From assembly GCA_963765675.1 (NCBI GenBank), contig CAVXXK010000001.1, positions 96,001 through 160,000 of the forward strand: a stretch of 64,000 nucleotides of DNA, written 5' to 3'. This document shows positions 58,152 to 64,000 of this stretch, in pieces. Origin of the DNA: an uncultured delta proteobacterium. Lineage in GTDB: Bacteria > Desulfobacterota > Binatia > Binatales > Binataceae. A model generated the notes under the pieces. That model did no database searches, was not told where the DNA came from, and saw only the letters and a list, made by a program, of their open reading frames with translations. The first letter of the stretch is position 1. Every line of letters begins with the position of its first letter. The position numbers and the translations under genes were made by a program.

Positions 58152-58195
58152 CGCGTGCAATCTTTATTGGAACGCACGCGCGAAAAACAGCCGCG

Positions 58196-58657
58196 TCACT
58201 TGCCTGGTATCACCAGCGCCGCGCCGTGCGGAACGATCAGGAACGCGAGAATGCTCGCCGGCTCGGTCTTGCTGGCGTTGCGCGAAACCTTGTGGAACGC
58301 CTTGGGCTCCTCGTACCACATCTGGCCTTTTTCGTACTTGACGATCGGACCGGGCGCGACCTGGCTCTCGATCGCTCCGTCGAGCACATAGACGAATGCC
58401 GACCCCGGATGATGATGCGGCGACGACGCGGCTCCCGGCGCGTAATCGACCCGCACGACGATACCGTTGGAACCGGGAAGCTCTTCGATTGGATAGTCAT
58501 AGACCTTGGTCACGGTCACGCCGGCGTCGGATTTGCCGGAAGCGTTTTTATCCGCGGCGCGCACTGCCGGCGAATCCGCAAGCGCGCCCAGCAATCCCAC
58601 AGCGAACAACGCTGAGCCGATGCCCGCTGATTTCATCATCTCGCGTCGAGTGATCAT
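58196..58657 (-). CDS. Cupin domain protein with Tat-like signal
   Basis: MITRREMMK signal; PHHHPGSAFVYVLDG, EEPKAFHKVSRN. Confidence 0.85.
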   Translation of the reverse strand: MITRREMMKSAGIGSALFAVGLLGALADSPAVRAADKNASGKSDAGVTVTKVYDYPIEELPGSNGIVVRVDYAPGAASSPHHHPGSAFVYVLDGAIESQVAPGPIVKYEKGQMWYEEPKAFHKVSRNASKTEPASILAFLIVPHGAALVIPGK

Positions 58658-58768
58658 CGTAATGTGCAATCTCCTTTTCCGTTTTGCGAGACGGTTCAAA
58701 TAAAATTACTCGCGCCGCGCATCGGGCAAGGAATATATTAGAACATTGTCTGGAAGTCGCGAGGCCTC

Positions 58769-59665
58769 ATGCAGGAAAATCAGCAAGCATTGTCGCGGGA
58801 TCGAGAGGGCTTTATCGCCGTGACCGGCGGCCGCGTATGGTACCGGATCACCGGCGAGGGCTCGGGAATCCCGCTCCTGCTGATGCATGGTGGCCCCGGA
58901 GTTCCGCACGACTACCTCGAGCCGCTCGAGGCGCTTGGCGACGAACGACCGGTCGTGTTCTACGATCAGCTCGGATGCGGCCGCTCGGACCAGCCCGACG
59001 ACCCGAGCCTGTGGCGCCTGGAGCGGTTCGTCGCCGAGGCGGCGCAGGTGCGCGCGGCGCTGGGGCTGCGCCGCGTGCATATTCTCGGACAATCCTGGGG
59101 AACGATTCTCGCCGCCGAATATCTTCTCGGCAGACCGGCGGGAGTGGCAAGCGTCGTCATGGCGAATCCGTGCCTGTCGGTCCCGCGCTACCTTGAAGAC
59201 ATGAAGCGGCTATGCGCCGACTTGCCGCTCGGGGCGCGCGAGGCGATCGCTCACGCCGATGTGCACGGCGGCGAGGATACGCCTGAGTATCAGATAGCGA
59301 CGTTCGCGTTTTACCGGCGCCACGTGTGCAGGCTCCAGACCTGGCCCGACGCTCTGAATCGCTCTGTCGCGGGGACCGGAGCGCAGCCTTACCAGACGAT
59401 GTGGGGAGCGAACGAGTTCACCTGCACCGGTAATCTGCGCGAATACAACAGCACCGCGGGGCTGAACAAAATCGAGATTCCAGCATTGTTCCTGGCCGGA
59501 CGTTTCGACGAAACCACTCCCGAAGCGACCGCGTGGTACCAAAGCCTGGTGCCAAACTCCGAGCTTGCGATCTTCGAGCACAGCTCGCACATGCCTCAGC
59601 TCGAAGAGCCCGCCCGTTACCTCTCGGTAGTGCGCGACTTCCTCCGCCGCGCCGACGCTCGCTAG
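58769..59665 (+). CDS. Proline iminopeptidase family alpha/beta hydrolase
   Basis: HGGPG, YDQLGCGRS, GQSWG, GRFDE, SSHMP. Confidence 0.92.
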   Translation: MQENQQALSRDREGFIAVTGGRVWYRITGEGSGIPLLLMHGGPGVPHDYLEPLEALGDERPVVFYDQLGCGRSDQPDDPSLWRLERFVAEAAQVRAALGLRRVHILGQSWGTILAAEYLLGRPAGVASVVMANPCLSVPRYLEDMKRLCADLPLGAREAIAHADVHGGEDTPEYQIATFAFYRRHVCRLQTWPDALNRSVAGTGAQPYQTMWGANEFTCTGNLREYNSTAGLNKIEIPALFLAGRFDETTPEATAWYQSLVPNSELAIFEHSSHMPQLEEPARYLSVVRDFLRRADAR

Positions 59666-59723
59666 AAGCGCACTGGTCCGCGGCTTTCGATGCTGATAGC
59701 GTTCAGTACGGGAATCCCGTATA

Positions 59724-60011
59724 ATGGCTGAAGCACTGCGGTTCGAATGGGACGAGGTCAAGAGCGAGCGAAACCTGCGCGACCGCGGATTTGGATTTGA
59801 CTATGCTGCGCAGATCTTCGCCGGAGACGTGATCGAGGAAGAAGATCGCCGCAGAGACTACGGTGAACCCCGAACCATAGCCACGGGCGAATTCGGCGGC
59901 AATATATTCGTGGTCGTATATACCTGGCGCGCTGGTCGGCGACGCATTATTTCTGCACGCCGCGCAAATCGGAGAGAACGTGATGCCTACCGTACGTCGA
60001 TCCCTGAATGA
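59724..60011 (+). CDS. brnT: BrnT family toxin
   Basis: FEWDEVKSERN, DYGEPR, VVYTWR, RIISARRANRRER. Confidence 0.92.
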   Translation: MAEALRFEWDEVKSERNLRDRGFGFDYAAQIFAGDVIEEEDRRRDYGEPRTIATGEFGGNIFVVVYTWRAGRRRIISARRANRRERDAYRTSIPE

Positions 60012-60351
60012 GATTCTGAAGTCAAAACCGCGAGCGGATCTCGCGAAAATCCGTGCAACCACCGATAAAGACATCGCACGGATGACCGCGGAGGATCCGG
60101 ACACCGCGCCGGACATGTCCAAAGACCGCGACTGGCGTAAAGTAAGAGTTCCTCGTCTGCCCGATGTCCGCGCTATTCGGCGCAAACTCGGCATCTCGCA
60201 GGGACAGTTTGCGAAACGATTCGGCTTTAGCGTTCGCACCGTCCAGGAATGGGAGCAGGGCCGTGCGATCCCGGATCGTCCAGCGCGGATTTTGCTTCGT
60301 GTGATCGAGCAATCGCCCAAGGCGGTCGAGCGCGCCGTCGCGGCGTCGTGA
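59980..60351 (+). CDS. Xre/HigA-like HTH antitoxin
   Basis: DVRAIRRKLGISQGQFAKRFGFSVRTVQEWEQGRAIP. Confidence 0.88.
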   Translation: MMPTVRRSLNEILKSKPRADLAKIRATTDKDIARMTAEDPDTAPDMSKDRDWRKVRVPRLPDVRAIRRKLGISQGQFAKRFGFSVRTVQEWEQGRAIPDRPARILLRVIEQSPKAVERAVAAS

Positions 60352-60433
60352 TCCGCGCGGCTTGAGTTTCACTGCCCGCCTGCGCGATATATCGAATCGC
60401 GCGATTCCGATTCTCTCGCGGGAGTCATAAGCC

Positions 60434-61561
60434 ATGTACAACGGAAGCAAAGTTATCGACGCCGATGGCCACGTGATGGAGCCCAACGAGCTCTACGATC
60501 AGTATATCGATCCGAAGTTCCGCGCCGACCTGGACGAGCTCAAGAAAGTCGCGGAGACCCGCACCTCGAAATTCTTCTTCGGCTTCTTTCATCAGCTCGA
60601 TACCGGCCGCCCGCTCGGCGTGGCGCAAATCGATAAGCCGCTGGTGCGCTCGGGACGCAAACCCTCGGGCGAGATTCCCGACATGCGCGGCGGCCACGAC
60701 CCGCACATCCGGATCAAGGACATGGAGCGCGAGGGAATTGATGTCGCCGTGATCTTCGCAACGGTGGTGTCGAGTTTTTGCGCGCTCAAGTCGGTGGATT
60801 TCGAGATCGCGATGATCCGCGCGTACCATCGATGGCTCGCCGATTACTGCTCCGCGTATCCCGCGCGGCTGACCGGCGTCGCGATCGTGCCGATGCGCGA
60901 TCCCGAGCGCGCCGCCGAGGAGATCCGCCGCGTCGCCAAAGAGCCGTGGTGCGTCGGCATCTACCTGTCCGCGCATATGGAAGACAAGCTGCTCGACCAT
61001 CCTGCATTTCATCCGATCTGGCGGGCCTGTGAAGAGACCGACCTGCCGGCCTGCTTCCACGGCGGCACCGCACGGCCGCCCTATGGCCTCGGCACTTTCG
61101 AGATGGGCAACAATCTTTTCATTCAGCACTCAGCGACCAATCCATTCGAGGTGATGCGCGGGATCGCGGCGTTCGTCGGCGGCGGCGTGCTCGATCTGTT
61201 TCCGAAGCTCCGCTGCGCGTTTCTTGAGGCGGGCGTCGGATGGCTGCCGTTCTGGATGGAGCGGCTGGACGAGCATTACGAGCTGATGCCCGAGTACGTG
61301 CCGAACCTGAAGCGCAAGCCGTCGGAGGTTATCCGCTCGGAGAATTTTTTCATCTCCTGCGATCCCGACGAGGAGACGCTCCCGTATGTCGTCGAGCACG
61401 TCGGCGCGGATAGGATTCTGTACGCGTCGGACTATCCGCACTTCGACGGCCGCTTTCCCGACACGGTAAAGTTCACGGCGGGCCGCAAAGAATTCTCGCC
61501 GGACGTGCGCCGCAAGATCCTGCACGAAAATCCGGCGCGGTTGTACACGCGCCTGGCGTAG
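60434..61561 (+). CDS. Amidohydrolase_2 family protein
   Basis: IDADGH, FHGG, FLEAGVGW, YASDYPH, ENPARLY. Confidence 0.92.
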   Translation: MYNGSKVIDADGHVMEPNELYDQYIDPKFRADLDELKKVAETRTSKFFFGFFHQLDTGRPLGVAQIDKPLVRSGRKPSGEIPDMRGGHDPHIRIKDMEREGIDVAVIFATVVSSFCALKSVDFEIAMIRAYHRWLADYCSAYPARLTGVAIVPMRDPERAAEEIRRVAKEPWCVGIYLSAHMEDKLLDHPAFHPIWRACEETDLPACFHGGTARPPYGLGTFEMGNNLFIQHSATNPFEVMRGIAAFVGGGVLDLFPKLRCAFLEAGVGWLPFWMERLDEHYELMPEYVPNLKRKPSEVIRSENFFISCDPDEETLPYVVEHVGADRILYASDYPHFDGRFPDTVKFTAGRKEFSPDVRRKILHENPARLYTRLA

Positions 61562-61610
61562 CAGCTGTTCCGAGTGTTGCGCGTCTGATTCGCTTAGCGT
61601 GCGGCAGCGC

Positions 61611-61690
61611 AGCACCCTCACCCACGCGTCACGGCGATTGCAAAAAGAAGCAATCGCCGCGCCGCGTCGCCCTCTCCCGGAGGGAGAGGG
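61611..61690. repeat. Dispersed palindromic repeat, copy 3 (inverted)
   Basis: Reverse complement of the 41664/42403 element. Confidence 0.85.
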
Positions 61691-61893
61691 GATGGGGCAT
61701 CCGCTGGCGGCGACGACACTGGTGGGCCAGACGACCGCCCCACTATCTCCTGCTAACGCCCGAAGCGGTGGTTCACCTTGACTGCAAAAGCTTGCGGCCC
61801 TTATAGTTGCGGTGCGAGTTCGATGCGTGCCGTGGCCGGTGCGCGAGCTTCAGAAACCTCAATCCTGACACGGGAATTTGTGCTGGTTGTAAA

Positions 61894-62607
61894 ATGAAAC
61901 GACGCGAGGAAATGACCTTTTCGGAGCGGATCTATCTGCCCGAAATCCTGCGGGGTCTCGCGATTACCAATTTCCATTTCATGCGCAATTTCGCGCTCAA
62001 CTTCGCGCACCTGTTCGGCCTGGCAAAATCGCGCCGCGCCTCGGCCACGGTCCAGTATCCGGAAGAGCGCAAACGGTACTCCGACAACTTTCGCGGCAGC
62101 CATCGCCTGACGATCCGCGAGGACAACTCCGTGCGATGCACCGCGTGCTTCCTGTGCGCGACCGCATGCCCCGCTCAATGCATCTATATCGAGGCGGGCG
62201 AGGCCGCCGATCCGCATGTCGAGAAGTTCCCAGTGCGCTACGAAATCGACACACTCCGATGCATCTACTGCGGGCTGTGCGTCGAGGCGTGTCCGTGCGA
62301 TGCGATCCGGATGGATACCTACGTGCATCCGCGCATCTGGGGTTTCGACCGCAAGGATTTCGTCGAGACCAAGGAGATGCTGATGCATCGCTCGCGCGTG
62401 ATCGCCAAAGACGGACGCGACGGCAATATGAACGAGATGCTGGCGTGGTACCGCGAGCAGGATGCGCAGGTTTTCGATCCGCTGCGGCCGGAGCTGCGCA
62501 AGTACACCGAGCGCGGGCTGCCGGAAGATCAAAAAGATTACGAAGAACCTGCGGAGCAGGTAAATCTGCCGGTGATCGATCGGCATAACGTCCACGGCCG
62601 CGAATAG
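61894..62607 (+). CDS. nuoI: NADH-quinone oxidoreductase subunit I-like 2x[4Fe-4S] protein (stand-alone)
   Basis: TVQYPEE, FRGSHRL, CTACFLCATACP, YEIDTLRCIYCGLCVEACPCDAI. Confidence 0.85.
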   Translation: MKRREEMTFSERIYLPEILRGLAITNFHFMRNFALNFAHLFGLAKSRRASATVQYPEERKRYSDNFRGSHRLTIREDNSVRCTACFLCATACPAQCIYIEAGEAADPHVEKFPVRYEIDTLRCIYCGLCVEACPCDAIRMDTYVHPRIWGFDRKDFVETKEMLMHRSRVIAKDGRDGNMNEMLAWYREQDAQVFDPLRPELRKYTERGLPEDQKDYEEPAEQVNLPVIDRHNVHGRE

Positions 62608-62641
62608 CCCCGCAATCGGCGGCCAGCGTTAAGTAAGACAG

Positions 62642-62887
62642 ATGACTCGCGTCACGATCCTGCTGACTCTCATCGGACTCGCAATTTTGTTCGTCGCGTA
62701 TGGGTACGGCGTGCACGTGATTCACGGCGGCAGCGTGCTCTCGCACATGTACTGGGCTACGGCCGCGATGTTTTTCGTCGCGCTGGCGAATTTTATCGCG
62801 ATCGCGCATCTGGCGCGCTCCGAGCGGATGATTCGCGAGCTGCGCACGCTGTGTGAAAAAAATGGCATCGCCTACGGCGAGGACTAG
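62642..62887 (+). CDS. Small hypothetical two-TM protein
   Basis: 81-aa ORF with two hydrophobic helices between nuoI and thiC. Confidence 0.6.
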   Translation: MTRVTILLTLIGLAILFVAYGYGVHVIHGGSVLSHMYWATAAMFFVALANFIAIAHLARSERMIRELRTLCEKNGIAYGED

Positions 62888-62935
62888 AATAGGTTGTGAT
62901 CGCGGACGGCGCGTTTCGTCCGCCGAGGTGTCGAG

Positions 62936-64000
62936 ATGACCCAGATTGAATCCGCGCGCAAAGGAATTATCACCCGCGAAATCGGCGAAGTCGCCGAGGA
63001 CGAAGGGCTTACGCCCGAAGAAATCCGCGCGCTGGTCGCTTCCGGCGAGGTGGTGATTCCGCATAACCAGCATCATCAGTTCCGCGCAATCGGAATCGGC
63101 AAACGGCTGCGGACCAAGGTCAACGCCAATATCGGCGCCTCGAATTTCCATCAACTGCTCGAAGAGGAAGTCGAGAAGCTCTACACCGCGGTGCGCTACG
63201 GCTCCGACTCGGTGATGGATCTTTCGACCGGCACCGACCTCGACAAGATTCGCGGCGAGTTGCTCTCGCGATGCCCGATAATCCTCGGCACCGTACCGAT
63301 CTACCAGGTCGCGTCGGAGCATTCGATCATGGATCTCGACGCCGAGTATTTTCTCGAGGTGATCGAGCGGCAGGCGCGCCAGGGCGTCGATTACATGACG
63401 CTGCATTGCGGCGTCACGCGTGAGTCTGTGCAGATGCTGCGGCGGCATCAGCGGATCGAAGGAATCGTGTCGCGCGGCGGCGCACTGCTGGCCGCGTGGA
63501 TGGAGCGAACCGGCAACGAGAATCCGCTCTACGAGCATTACGACGAGGTCTGCGCGATCCTGCGCGAGCATGACGTGACGATCTCTCTCGGCGACGGACT
63601 GCGTCCCGGCGCGACCGGAGACGCGACAGACCGCGGCCAGCTTGCGGAGCTGCTGGTGCTGGGCGAGTTGACCGAACGCGCGCGTGCTCAAGGCGTGCAG
63701 GTGATGATCGAAGGTCCGGGGCATGTTCCGCTCGATCAGATCGAGGCGAACGTGAAGCTCGAAAAGCGCGTATGCGGCGGCGCTCCGTTCTATGTGCTGG
63801 GACCGCTGACCTGCGATGTCGCGCCGGGTTACGATCACATCACCGGCGCAATCGGCGGCGCGATCGCGTCCGCCGCCGGAACCGATTTCCTTTGCTACGT
63901 AACTCCCGCCGAGCATCTGCGGCTGCCCGATATCGACGACGTGCGCGAGGGCGTGATCGCGACCCGAATCGCCGCGCATTCCGGTGACCTGGTAAAGGGC
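62936..64000 (+). CDS. thiC: Phosphomethylpyrimidine synthase ThiC (runs off the window end)
   Basis: Hand translation [13 protein letters not shown]...[81 protein letters not shown]. Confidence 0.93.
   Translation, partial: MTQIESARKGIITREIGEVAEDEGLTPEEIRALVASGEVVIPHNQHHQFRAIGIGKRLRTKVNANIGASNFHQLLEEEVEKLYTAVRYGSDSVMDLSTGTDLDKIRGELLSRCPIILGTVPIYQVASEHSIMDLDAEYFLEVIERQARQGVDYMTLHCGVTRESVQMLRRHQRIEGIVSRGGALLAAWMERTGNENPLYEHYDEVCAILREHDVTISLGDGLRPGATGDATDRGQLAELLVLGELTERARAQGVQVMIEGPGHVPLDQIEANVKLEKRVCGGAPFYVLGPLTCDVAPGYDHITGAIGGAIASAAGTDFLCYVTPAEHLRLPDIDDVREGVIATRIAAHSGDLVKG

Overview
Bacterial DNA, GC-rich. The gene content (LLM, amidohydrolase-2, P450, Tad pili) would fit a soil or peat lineage such as Binatota, but this is an inference only. 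The window has two halves. (1) Positions 1-~32.4 kb look like an accessory island ending at the 3' half of a tRNA-Asn (att-like), with a second tRNA-Val 3' fragment nearby. This half is riddled with frameshifts and homopolymer artefacts, probably from a low-coverage long-read consensus. It carries sugar-phosphate enzymes (xfp, class I fba, tpiA, a zwf remnant), a GH144-like glucanase and a porin-cytochrome electron conduit (decaheme MtrA/MtoA-like, MtrB-like porin, monoheme c, NapC/CymA-like tetraheme, small membrane protein) near a Crp/Fnr regulator. It also carries stress and acid/ion genes: a P3A H+-ATPase with an unusual DUF2934 + KAD-repeat N-terminus, a ClC remnant, USP, UPF0182, PPK2 and SulP. 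(2) Positions 32.4-64 kb are clean, core-like DNA: GST, HtrA, three toxin-antitoxin pairs, a split Tad/Flp pilus locus (three pilins, two sigma-54 promoters, a shared palindromic enhancer-like motif and an interposed NtrC-type activator), carotenoid oxygenase, P450, LLM/ADC, MFS, proline iminopeptidase, amidohydrolase, an orphan nuoI and thiC, plus dispersed REP/MITE-like repeats. No CRISPR array or rRNA was seen.
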